Positions 54,185 through 63,453 of a stretch of DNA of 64,000 bases are shown here, in pieces (the first letter of the stretch is position 1; every line of letters begins with the position of its first letter). Source of the DNA: Ilumatobacter sp. (lineage in GTDB: Bacteria; Actinomycetota; Acidimicrobiia; Acidimicrobiales; Ilumatobacteraceae); NCBI RefSeq assembly GCF_039969435.1, contig NZ_JBDVNU010000038.1:86071-150070 (forward strand), given 5' to 3'. The translations under genes were made by a program, and so were the position numbers. The notes under the pieces are model-generated. The model worked only from the letters and a program-made list of their open reading frames with translations, did no database searches and was not told the DNA's origin.

Positions 54185-55393
54185 TCAGGCCACCTGGAAC
54201 GTGTCGACGATCAACTGGCGGATGCCCGGCTCCTCGCTCGGGTGGATCAGCAGGAGCATCGCGTACAGCGACTCGTCGGCGGTCGTGCCTCCGAGGAGGC
54301 GGACGTCGAGTCCGTCCGTTCCGCAGTCGAAGCTGCGTTCCTGGCCGCTGTAGACGCCGTCGTCGTAGTCGGTCTCGGCCACGACGGTGCATCCGATCCC
54401 TTCGAGGTCTGCCTGGAACTCGAGGACGCGACCGACGAATCCGCCGTCACGGAAGCCGCCCTCGCCACGCAGCATCAGCACGCCGGGGGTCGCCAGTCCG
54501 TAGAACGTGTCGATGTCGGACGATGCGACGAGTTGTTGCCGGCCGTCCTCGAGCGACTCCTCGGTCTCGGTCCAGTCGACCGGGACGGAGAGGCTGATGT
54601 TCGACGCCTCGTTGGTGATCGGGGTCCCTGCGGCCGCTGCGACCGGTTCGGCGGGTTCGGCGGGTTCGATGGTCTCACCCGCAGCTGCTGCGGCTGCCTC
54701 GACGGCTCCCTGCGATTGCTCGTCGAGCACGTCACCCTCGGCACCGCAGACGTCGACGAGGAAGGTGCGCAACGAATCGCGCGTCGACGTGAACCCACGG
54801 ACCGCCTCGAGGAGCGCATCCGGATCCGACACCTCCGAGGCACGGGTGTTGTCGTAGCCGACCTCCTCGAACGCCGGGATGATGACGGCGAGCTGGTCCT
54901 GCGCGTCCGTCGGCTCGGCGGCGAACTCGTCCGACGGTGCCGACTCGATCACCGAGGGGATGACAGCCGCCAACGCTGCGAACAACTGCTGCGAGGTACC
55001 GAACTGACCGTCGCGAACCAGGTCGACGGCGTTCGCCGCGATGTAGAACGAGCGACTCGACTCACAGAACGGAACGAGCTCCACGGGCAGTTCGAGCAGG
55101 CCGGTGTCGGTCTGCACGGTGGCCAGTTCGCCCGATGCCCAGTCGGGGCGATCCGATGCCGGTTCCGTCGAGGGCGGCTCGGTGGCGGGCGGCTCGGTCG
55201 TCGACGGCTCCGTCGCTGGTGGCTCGGTCGCTGGTGGCTCCGTCGGTGGCGTGGTGGCGGGCGACGTCGTCTCGACCGCCGCCTCGTCGTCGGCGGCGTC
55301 GGTGGCGACGGGCTCGCCGCCGCTTCCACCGCAGGCCGCGAGCAGACCGATCGCGGTGACCAGTCCCGTACAGAGTCGTGTGCGCTTGTTCAC
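54185..55393 (-). CDS. Hypothetical lipoprotein with PATEPP tandem repeats
   Basis: Signal peptide plus lipobox LLAAC; five (P)ATEPP repeats; about 300-aa acidic C-terminal domain. Confidence 0.55.
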   Translation of the reverse strand: MNKRTRLCTGLVTAIGLLAACGGSGGEPVATDAADDEAAVETTSPATTPPTEPPATEPPATEPSTTEPPATEPPSTEPASDRPDWASGELATVQTDTGLLELPVELVPFCESSRSFYIAANAVDLVRDGQFGTSQQLFAALAAVIPSVIESAPSDEFAAEPTDAQDQLAVIIPAFEEVGYDNTRASEVSDPDALLEAVRGFTSTRDSLRTFLVDVCGAEGDVLDEQSQGAVEAAAAAAGETIEPAEPAEPVAAAAGTPITNEASNISLSVPVDWTETEESLEDGRQQLVASSDIDTFYGLATPGVLMLRGEGGFRDGGFVGRVLEFQADLEGIGCTVVAETDYDDGVYSGQERSFDCGTDGLDVRLLGGTTADESLYAMLLLIHPSEEPGIRQLIVDTFQVA

Positions 55394-55457
55394 CCGAGCA
55401 GCATCCGTTGCACGCGTGAACGACGCGTGAACCGGGCGGGCGGCGCGCTGCGAGCGC

Positions 55458-56432
55458 TCAGGTCTGGTCGAGGACGGCGCGAGCGACGATGTCGGTGCCG
55501 AAGGCCGTGAGGATCGCGAGGTAGAGCAGGCCCGTCGCCGCCATGACGGCCGAGTAGTACCGCTCCTTCAGCGCCGCTCTCGTCACGAGCACGAGGACGA
55601 TCGTGGTGATCGCACACATCCCCCACATCCAGCCGAGGAGTCCGCCCCAACCGTCGTCGACGGTGCCGAGCCAGACGCTGATCATCCCCGTCGGGAGCAG
55701 CAGCGCCCCGACCTCGAGCGGCCAGAGCCAGCCCAGTGCGGTGACCATCTCGTTGAGCAGACGCCGCGGCAGCCCGGGCTGGACGAGATACCAGTGACCG
55801 AGCAGCATGCCGTCACTGATCGCACCGATGAAGGCGGCTCCGATGATGGTGCGGAGCAGGGCGACTGCGGTGTTGCCACCTGCGTCGACGGCGGCGGCGA
55901 CCAGGCCGATCATGCCGATCGCCGCCGGTATTAGATCGAGGACCGGGTTGAACTCGGGCCCCGCCGTCGACGAACCGCCGGCGCCGGCTCGGGTCACCTC
56001 CGCGTCGGGAGCGACCTGGCGATCGATGCCCGTCATCGCCGCGACACGCTCGGATCGACGGTCGAACTCTGCGTCCTGGCCCGACACGCCTGCGCCCTTG
56101 CGGACGATCGACACCACGAGGCCGACGAGGCACGCAACGGCCACGCCCGCCGACGCCGCCTCGCGGATCGGATCGAGGCCGAAGGCGAGGCCTGCGGCGA
56201 ACGCTCCGGCAGCGAAGCAGAAGTAGGTGCCGCGGAGCAGCCAGCCGTACCCCAGTCCGACGATGCGGTGGCGGGTGGTGAACCAGCAGAACAGCATTCC
56301 GCCGGTTGCCCACTGCAGCAGCACGGTGGCGGCGTCGAGTCGGATCACCGTCACGATCGTAACGGTCGGTCCTGACCGTCGTTCGGGCAGTGCCGCTCGT
56401 AGCCTCGGGGTGACATGGCGCACCTCCCGCAT
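55458..56432 (-). CDS. Hypothetical polytopic membrane protein
   Basis: 8-9 predicted TM helices, Trp/Gly-rich; the true start is probably an internal GTG (VTIVTV.../VIRLD...), avoiding the overlap with the divergent lipoprotein gene. Confidence 0.5.
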   Translation of the reverse strand: MREVRHVTPRLRAALPERRSGPTVTIVTVIRLDAATVLLQWATGGMLFCWFTTRHRIVGLGYGWLLRGTYFCFAAGAFAAGLAFGLDPIREAASAGVAVACLVGLVVSIVRKGAGVSGQDAEFDRRSERVAAMTGIDRQVAPDAEVTRAGAGGSSTAGPEFNPVLDLIPAAIGMIGLVAAAVDAGGNTAVALLRTIIGAAFIGAISDGMLLGHWYLVQPGLPRRLLNEMVTALGWLWPLEVGALLLPTGMISVWLGTVDDGWGGLLGWMWGMCAITTIVLVLVTRAALKERYYSAVMAATGLLYLAILTAFGTDIVARAVLDQT

Positions 56433-57086
56433 CTGCCGGTCACGACGTGGCGACGTCTCGGTGCCGTCGCCGTCGCCGGCGTCTCACTGACCGGGTGTTT
56501 CACCGGTCAACGGCCCGAGTTCGAGGACGAGACCGGCGCGCCGGCGGCGAGCACCGGAAACGCCGACATCGACCGGGTGCTCGGCCTGCTCGACTCGGTC
56601 GACCGTTCGGAATTCACCGTGGGGTACGACATCGAGACGAAGTTCAACACCGTGTCGTCGACGGGGATCGTGGTGCAGGCGGTCGGTCAGCGCCGCTCGA
56701 TCACGGTCGAGAACGACGAGCGAACGGTCCGGTTCATCGAGGATGGCGGTGAGGAACTCACGTGCGACCTGCTCGTCGGAGAGTGCGAGACCTCACTCAA
56801 CGACGCGCGCATCAGCGACACCCAGCTCTCGCACACGTTCTACGGTCCGGCGTTCGCCAGCCGTCTCCGCGCCGACGCCGACCGACGGATCGGCGACCCC
56901 GTGGCGTACACGAAGAACCTCGCCGGTCAGGAGGCCCAGTGTGTCGACATCTCGGTCGCCGGCGGCACCAAGACCTACTGTGCGTTGGCCACCGGTCCAC
57001 TCGCGGAGTTCGTCGGCGCCGACGTCACGATCGAGCTCACCAGCTACTCCCCCGAACCAGACTCGACCAAGTTCGAGACGTCCTGA
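56415..57086 (+). CDS. Hypothetical lipoprotein
   Basis: Signal peptide plus lipobox VSLTGC; 223 aa, Cys pairs. Confidence 0.5.
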   Translation: MAHLPHLPVTTWRRLGAVAVAGVSLTGCFTGQRPEFEDETGAPAASTGNADIDRVLGLLDSVDRSEFTVGYDIETKFNTVSSTGIVVQAVGQRRSITVENDERTVRFIEDGGEELTCDLLVGECETSLNDARISDTQLSHTFYGPAFASRLRADADRRIGDPVAYTKNLAGQEAQCVDISVAGGTKTYCALATGPLAEFVGADVTIELTSYSPEPDSTKFETS

Positions 57087-57126
57087 CGGTCGGGTTCGCG
57101 CGAGTCGCTCGAACCGGCGGCGCGAT

Positions 57127-58500
57127 CTACTCGTCGCCGAACCAACTGCCGTGGAACCCGTGAGGCACGCGCTGGGGGATGTCGATGGTCGCGACCGGGT
57201 CGGCGGACATGTCCGCGGCGTCGAGCACCACGAACTGCGAGGTCCGGTCGGCCTTGTCGTACACGAACGACAGCACCCAGCCATCGTCCTCTCCGACATC
57301 GGCAGCGGCGGGCACGAACACGGGCTCCGACGTCGATCGACCCGCCCCGAAGTCGTGGAAGGTGGACGATCCGTCGGTGACGTCGTACTTGACCACGCCG
57401 GTCGCCGCGTCGGTGATCGCCGGCTCGCCGGGTCGACCCATCACGGCCCAGCTGTACCGGTTGGCGAGGCCGGCGCGGCGATCGTCGATCCTCGGGAAGG
57501 CGTGCTCGACGTCGTCGAGCTGCTGCTCGGTGACCGATCCGGTGCGCAGATCGAAGCGCCACCGCCACAGGTAGCACGGTTCGAATGCATCGGGACTGGC
57601 ATCCCACATCGACGGGTGGCGGCCGGCGTCGAGAACGACGACGTCGCCGTCGTCCTCCTCCCAGGCGTTCACGATGTGGAACACGTAGCAGCTGTCGATG
57701 TCGAACCACCGCGTCTCCACCGGTGCGCCGTTCGCGATCTTGCGGCGATCCACGAGGCCGACACGCGACCCGTTGTCGGGTCGCCAACAGAAGGGCATCC
57801 CGGCGCCACTCATCGCGACGTCGAGATCGAACACGACCGGCAGGTCGAGGAAGATCGCATGGTTCCGGCTGATCGCGAAGTCGTGCATCATCACTGGAGT
57901 CGGGGTGACGATCGGCTGGGCGTGGATCACCTGTCCGCTCGCGTCGGCCACGTAATAGGTGACGGACGGCTCCGACACGAGGCCGTACCCGAAGAAGTGC
58001 ATCTCGCCCGTCTCGGCGCACACGTGCGGGTGTGCCGTGACCGGCGTGGTGACGGCGCCTCCGAAGTCGGTGGGGCCGAGCGTGTCGAGATCGGGTGAGA
58101 TCTCGTTCGGGAAGCTGCCTTCCTCGAGTGCGTAGATCCGCCCGGCGTGGCGCAGAACGTGGGTGTTGGCCCGCCCGGCGCGCAGGTCGAACTCGAACGT
58201 CGTGGGGTCGAAGCGCTCCTCCCCGGCGAGCAGCTTCGTGCGCACCCACCGATTCCGGTACCACTCGGCCTTGCCGTCACGCAGCCGGATGCCGTGGAGC
58301 ATCCCGTCGCCGTCGAACCAGTGGCTCGGGGTGACGCCGTCGGGTGGGTTGGCGCCGTTGCGGAAGAAGCGGCCGTTGAGTTCCGGCGGGAGTCGACCCA
58401 CGACGGGCAGGTCGTACGCCTCGATCTCGTCCTGGACGGGGGCGTAGTTGCCCTTCATGTAGAACGGCAGTGCGGTCCGTGGTTCCTCGACGGCGGTCAT
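57127..58500 (-). CDS. Carotenoid cleavage oxygenase family (RPE65 / lignostilbene dioxygenase-like)
   Basis: 457 aa; seven-bladed propeller family hallmarks (YMKGNYAPV, FFRNGANP, HWFDGDGMLHGIR; four conserved His spread along the sequence). Confidence 0.8.
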   Translation of the reverse strand: MTAVEEPRTALPFYMKGNYAPVQDEIEAYDLPVVGRLPPELNGRFFRNGANPPDGVTPSHWFDGDGMLHGIRLRDGKAEWYRNRWVRTKLLAGEERFDPTTFEFDLRAGRANTHVLRHAGRIYALEEGSFPNEISPDLDTLGPTDFGGAVTTPVTAHPHVCAETGEMHFFGYGLVSEPSVTYYVADASGQVIHAQPIVTPTPVMMHDFAISRNHAIFLDLPVVFDLDVAMSGAGMPFCWRPDNGSRVGLVDRRKIANGAPVETRWFDIDSCYVFHIVNAWEEDDGDVVVLDAGRHPSMWDASPDAFEPCYLWRWRFDLRTGSVTEQQLDDVEHAFPRIDDRRAGLANRYSWAVMGRPGEPAITDAATGVVKYDVTDGSSTFHDFGAGRSTSEPVFVPAAADVGEDDGWVLSFVYDKADRTSQFVVLDAADMSADPVATIDIPQRVPHGFHGSWFGDE

Positions 58501-58580
58501 GTGTGGACGCTAGACCCCGGCTCGAGCGGGTGTCGGGCCGGAACCTCGAGGTCGTCGAGATCCGGCGCCGACCCTCGCCG

Positions 58581-59699
58581 TCACGCGTGGACGGACACGA
58601 GGGCGCGGTCGGAGTTGTTCAGCGGACGACACCCGTCGTCCGTCGCGACGGCGATGTCCTCGAGTCGCATCCCCCACTGACCTGGCACGTAGATGCCCGG
58701 CTCGATGCTGAAGGCATGCCCCGCTTCGAGCGGCAGCTCGTTGCCTTCGACGATGTATGGATCCTCGTGCGCCTCCAGCCCGATGCCGTGCCCGGTCCGG
58801 TGGATGAAGAACTCCCCGTAGCCCGCACCGGCGATCACCGATCGTGCAGCGCGGTCCACGTCCTGGCATGCGGCGCCGACCACGGCCGCAGCAGTGGCGG
58901 CCTGTTGCGCCTGGTGCAGGACGTCGTAGGCCTCGGCGACCTGCGCGGGGACGTCTCCGGTGAACACGCAGCGCGTGGTGTCCGAGCAGTAGCCGTTCAT
59001 CGTGCCGCCGAAGTCGGTGAGCACGATCTCGTCCTCGCGGATCACCCGGTCTCCGGGGTGATGGTGCGGGCTCGACGCGTTCTCCCCTGCGGCCACGATC
59101 GCGAAGTTCACCTTCTGATGTCCTTCCTCCACGATCCGCCGTCCGAGGTGGTCCGACACCTGGGCCTCGGTCCGACCCACCAGCGGGATCTCGCCTCGCT
59201 GCAACTCCCCGGCGATCCTGTCGACGGCAGCGCCCGCAGCCGCGAGGGCCTCGACCTCTGCACCGTCCTTGCGAATCCGCAGCGCGCCCACCACGTCGAC
59301 CGAGCGCTCGAAGACGACACCGGGGAGGTGCGGGAGCAGTTCGACCAGGAACCGCGCCCACATCTGGTCACCGACCGCGACGCGCCGCGACCCGGCCGTC
59401 AGCTCGGCGACGATCGCCGACGGGTCCTGCGTCTCGGACCAGGGGCGCAGATCGAACACTCCGGGTTGCTCGACGACGCGTGCGGCTTCGAGTTCGGGGA
59501 TCACCATCGTCGCGTCGCCCTCCCGGGGCACGACGAGCATCGTGAGCCGCTCGAGTGGCATCGCCAGGTAGCCACTCAGGTACGGCATGTCCTGGCCGAT
59601 CGAGAGCAGGACGGTGTCGATGTCGTGGACCGCCATGGCGGCACGGACTCTCGCCATCCGGTCGAGGTAGACGGACGTGTCCAGGACGGGAGCGCTCAT
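58581..59699 (-). CDS. M24-family metallopeptidase (Xaa-Pro aminopeptidase/dipeptidase)
   Basis: ATG 59699 (MSAPVLDT...); pita-bread fold motifs (HHPGDRVIREDEIVLTDFGG, HRTGHGIGLEAHE, SIEPGIY). Confidence 0.8.
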   Translation of the reverse strand: MSAPVLDTSVYLDRMARVRAAMAVHDIDTVLLSIGQDMPYLSGYLAMPLERLTMLVVPREGDATMVIPELEAARVVEQPGVFDLRPWSETQDPSAIVAELTAGSRRVAVGDQMWARFLVELLPHLPGVVFERSVDVVGALRIRKDGAEVEALAAAGAAVDRIAGELQRGEIPLVGRTEAQVSDHLGRRIVEEGHQKVNFAIVAAGENASSPHHHPGDRVIREDEIVLTDFGGTMNGYCSDTTRCVFTGDVPAQVAEAYDVLHQAQQAATAAAVVGAACQDVDRAARSVIAGAGYGEFFIHRTGHGIGLEAHEDPYIVEGNELPLEAGHAFSIEPGIYVPGQWGMRLEDIAVATDDGCRPLNNSDRALVSVHA

Positions 59700-59854
59700 C
59701 TCGCGAGTCTGCCACCGGTCGTCGTTCGACGGGCCCCGTGCACACGATCCACGCCCCGTCGGCACATGCGTCCCGAGGCCGTCTCGCGAAGCCTCTCCGC
59801 AGGCGACCACCGGCCGTCGGCCCCACCCGTCCGATTCTCCTAGATTGAGGACCC

Positions 59855-62800
59855 GTGAGCGCACACCCCTCCGACGGTCCGGCCCGTCACCGCGGATTCA
59901 CGTCGAACCGGCCGATGTTGTCCCGCACCCGACTGCTCGACCTGATGGCGGCTCGGCTCGATCGCAGCGTGACCGTCATCTCCGCCGGGGCCGGATTCGG
60001 CAAGAGCACACTCCTCGCCCAGACGATCGCCGACCCGCTCACCGCGGATCGCGTCCACTACGTCGTGCACCGGGTCGGCCCGACCGACCCGAACGGTGAA
60101 GCCATGGCCGCGGCCCTCGCCGACCAACTCGCTGCGATCGCAGGCACGCTCGTGGCTGTTCCGGTCGACGACCCGGCGGCGTCGACGACCGGGATCTCAC
60201 CCGGCACCACCGCATCCGACGTCTCACTCGCCGACCAGATCTGGCACCTCAGCCCCGCGTACGTCACCATCGTGGTCGACGACATCCACCTGCTCGGCGC
60301 CGGGAGCGCCGGTTGGTCGCTGCTCGACGACCTGATCCACGACCTCCCGGAGAACGGCGACGCCGTGCTCAGCGGTCGCGGCTTCCACGAACTCACCCTC
60401 GCCCGGCTGCTCACACGTGGCGAGGCCGTGGAGATCGACGAGTCGATGCTGGCGTTCACCGCCGACGAGATCGACGAATTCGCCCGACTCCGCTCCGTCG
60501 ACCGCACCGCCCTCGACGACCACGGATGGCCGGCCCTGATCGAGTTGGAGGCGCGAGCCGGGGTGGCCGGTGCCCATGCGTTCGTGGCCGAGGAGGTACT
60601 CGACGCACTCGAACCCCGACGTCTCGACGCGCTGCGCCGGATCGCACTGCACGACCACATCGACGATGCTCTGGTCCGTGCGACCACCTCCTTCCCGGGT
60701 TCGGCCGACGACCTGCTCGCCGACCTGCCACTCACGAGCAGGAACACCGACGGTGGGTGGACGCTGCACGACCTGTGGAAGAGCGTGCTCGTCGCCGGGC
60801 TCGACACCGACGCGAGAACCGAGTCGCTGACCGCCGGTGCCCAGTTGCTGCGCGAGCGGGGAGCGGTACGCGACGCCATCGCGCTCGCCGTCGAAGCGGG
60901 CGACAACGACATCACGCTCGACCTGCTGGCGGACTTCGCCCGCGACCTCCCGTTGGCGAACAGCATCGGCGACCGCCGGTTCGTGCTGGAACTCCTCCCC
61001 CACTCGCTGTCGGGAACCGCCGAGGCGGAACTACTGCGCGCCGACATCGTGTTCGCCAGCGAACCGATGCGGGCAGCGGGTCCGCTCCAGCACGCGATCG
61101 ACGCGGCGACCGCGCAGGATCGTCCCGAGGTGACGGTGCTCGCGCTGCTCCGCCTCGGTGACATGGCCTACCGTTCGGGTGACCGTGCCGGACTCCGGGA
61201 CTCACACGAGCGTCTCGGCCGACTCGACGCGCTCGGTGGCACGGGTGCCGCTGCGGCACTCGTCCTCACCGAGTCCTGGCTGCTGCTGCTCGACAACGAT
61301 CCCACGTCCGCGATCGCGCTGATGGGGAGTGAAGCTCTCCGGTCCTACCCGCCGGTGGGATCGATGGCCGACTACTACCGGGCCGTGCAGCTGGGCCACG
61401 CGGGCCAGGCCGAGGCGTCACTGCGTGCGCTCGAACATCTCGCATCGATGCCGGACGCGCGCATCCTCGAACGACGGGGTGGATTCGCTGCGCTGATGCG
61501 CTGGTGGACCGGCTCCCTCGACGCCGACGGTCGTCTGGCAGCCGACCGGCTGTTGGATCGCGTCGACGGCGACCACCAGCAGCACTTCTTCGTCGAGGGT
61601 GCCGCGACGTCGGCGCTCTGGCATGCCGGCGCCGGCGACGTCGCCACCGCTCAGGCGCTGCTGGCACGAGCCCGGGCGCAACGCGACCGTGTCCCCGCCG
61701 GATCGTGGGCCGCGATCTCGGTCGAGACCGCCGGCGCGGTGGTGGAACTCGTCGGCGGCGACGAGGCGGCCGCAGCACGGCGCCTCGAGGGAGTCCTTCC
61801 CGACACCGGCCCGTTCGACGGATTCGCTCGCCACGTGTTCGGCAACGTCGGCGCCCTCCTCTACGTGCTCGTCCCGCGGTCGCGGCCGTTCTTCGACGAG
61901 GAGCGACCCGGCCCCGACCTGGCCGTCGCCACCGACGTGGGCCGTGCGATCGTTGCGTTGCGTGAACACGGTTCTGCGTCGCTCGCGTCCCGACTGCCCT
62001 GGCAGGACATCTCCCGGCTGCGGACCTGGGCCTACGAACCGCATCTCGCCGAACTCGCCATCGCCGCCATGAGCAACGGCGTGATCCAGGCCGGCACGGC
62101 ACTGGCCGGGTTGCGGATCGACCCACGCCGCACGCTGCGCGGGGTCGCTGAGCGACACGCCGGCACGGTCGCCACCCTCGCTCGCGAAGAACTGGATCGC
62201 ACACCGACTCGTCCGTCGCTCACCACCCACGTCCGTGTCCTCGGACCCACCGCCGTGTCCGTCGGGTCCGAACCCGGGTCGGATGCCCCACCGATCCGAC
62301 GCAAGATGGTCCGCGAACTGCTGCTGCTGCTCGTCCATCGCGGCCGGTTGCGGCGAGACGAGATCGCCGCGCTGATGTGGCCCGACAGGGACGAGACCTC
62401 TGCTCGCAACAACCTGCGGGCGACCCTCAACCACCTCCGCACGCTGCTCGAGCACAGCGTCGACGATGCCGACGCCGGACCGCCCTGGCACGTCCGCTCC
62501 GACGGCGAGTCCCTCGAACTGTTCGCGAGCGACCGACTCGTCATCGACGCCGTCGCGTTCGAACAGTCGGTCAGGTCGGCTCGTCGCGCCGACGCCGAGC
62601 GCCGGCCCGCCGACGCACTGGCCCACTGTCGTCACGCGATCGCCCGGTACCGCGGGCCGTACCTCCACGACGCCCTCGACCAGGACTGGGCCTTCAACCA
62701 TCGGATGACGCTGCACCTCGATCACGTCGAGATGTGCATCCGGGCCAGTGAACTGCTCGACGCCCGCGGCGACGTCGGCGAGGCACTCGCGCTCGCACGC

Positions 62801-62977
62801 ACCGCGGTCGACGCCGAACCGCTGTCGGAGCGGGCCCATCGCGCCCTGGTCCGGGCACTCCTCACCTCCGAGGACCGCCCGGGCGCCCGGCGAGCACACG
62901 CCCGCTGCCTCGAACTGCTCGGCGCCGACGGACTCTCCGCGTCCGCGGACACGATCCGCCTCGGCGCAGGTCTCTGA
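59855..62977 (+). CDS. Large transcriptional regulator: N-terminal P-loop NTPase (STAND/AAA-like), TPR-like central region, C-terminal OmpR-type winged HTH plus BTAD domain
   Basis: Walker A ISAGAGFGKSTLLAQ, Walker B IVVDDIHLL; C-terminal RVLGPTAVSV...RKMVRELLLLLVHRG...(wHTH) followed by BTAD (LDQDWAFNHRMTLHLDHVEMCIRA...AHRALVRALL). Confidence 0.75.
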   Translation: MSAHPSDGPARHRGFTSNRPMLSRTRLLDLMAARLDRSVTVISAGAGFGKSTLLAQTIADPLTADRVHYVVHRVGPTDPNGEAMAAALADQLAAIAGTLVAVPVDDPAASTTGISPGTTASDVSLADQIWHLSPAYVTIVVDDIHLLGAGSAGWSLLDDLIHDLPENGDAVLSGRGFHELTLARLLTRGEAVEIDESMLAFTADEIDEFARLRSVDRTALDDHGWPALIELEARAGVAGAHAFVAEEVLDALEPRRLDALRRIALHDHIDDALVRATTSFPGSADDLLADLPLTSRNTDGGWTLHDLWKSVLVAGLDTDARTESLTAGAQLLRERGAVRDAIALAVEAGDNDITLDLLADFARDLPLANSIGDRRFVLELLPHSLSGTAEAELLRADIVFASEPMRAAGPLQHAIDAATAQDRPEVTVLALLRLGDMAYRSGDRAGLRDSHERLGRLDALGGTGAAAALVLTESWLLLLDNDPTSAIALMGSEALRSYPPVGSMADYYRAVQLGHAGQAEASLRALEHLASMPDARILERRGGFAALMRWWTGSLDADGRLAADRLLDRVDGDHQQHFFVEGAATSALWHAGAGDVATAQALLARARAQRDRVPAGSWAAISVETAGAVVELVGGDEAAAARRLEGVLPDTGPFDGFARHVFGNVGALLYVLVPRSRPFFDEERPGPDLAVATDVGRAIVALREHGSASLASRLPWQDISRLRTWAYEPHLAELAIAAMSNGVIQAGTALAGLRIDPRRTLRGVAERHAGTVATLAREELDRTPTRPSLTTHVRVLGPTAVSVGSEPGSDAPPIRRKMVRELLLLLVHRGRLRRDEIAALMWPDRDETSARNNLRATLNHLRTLLEHSVDDADAGPPWHVRSDGESLELFASDRLVIDAVAFEQSVRSARRADAERRPADALAHCRHAIARYRGPYLHDALDQDWAFNHRMTLHLDHVEMCIRASELLDARGDVGEALALARTAVDAEPLSERAHRALVRALLTSEDRPGARRAHARCLELLGADGLSASADTIRLGAGL

Positions 62978-63020
62978 ACCGACAGGAAGCACGCGCCGAC
63001 CCGGGAGACCTCCGTAGCCT

Positions 63021-63365
63021 GTGGCCATGGCGACCGACACCCCGACTCCCACCCAGATCGACCTCTACTGGCGGCCCGGCTGCGGGTTCTGCTCGTCGTT
63101 GCGCGGGCAGTTGGACGCGCTGGGCATCGAGCGCGTCGAACACAACATCTGGGACGAACCCGACAAGGCCGCCGTGGTGCGCGAGCACGCGAACGGCAAC
63201 GAGACCGTTCCGACCGTGGTGGTCGGCGGCGTCGGCATGGTCAACCCGTCACCTCGTGATCTCGCCGCCCACCTCGCAACTCACGCTCCGCACCTGCTGC
63301 CCGACGGCTTCGAAGCTCCCCAGCCCGGCGCCGTCGAGCGCGCCATCGGCAAGATCTTCCGATAG
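63021..63365 (+). CDS. Glutaredoxin-like protein (mycoredoxin-type, CGFC active site)
   Basis: IDLYWRPGCGFCSSL thioredoxin-fold CxxC motif near the N-terminus; 114 aa. Confidence 0.7.
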   Translation: MAMATDTPTPTQIDLYWRPGCGFCSSLRGQLDALGIERVEHNIWDEPDKAAVVREHANGNETVPTVVVGGVGMVNPSPRDLAAHLATHAPHLLPDGFEAPQPGAVERAIGKIFR

Positions 63366-63415
63366 CCGATCCGACGACGACCCCCGGCACCTTCCGTCGT
63401 TCGTCGTCGGATCGG
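63366..63415 (+). terminator. 15-bp perfect inverted repeat (20-nt loop) immediately after the mycoredoxin stop
   Basis: ccgatccgacgacga ...20 nt... tcgtcgtcggatcgg. Confidence 0.5.
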
Positions 63416-63453
63416 GTCCTCGGAGTCCGGTCCCAGGGCGTAGCGTCGGACAC

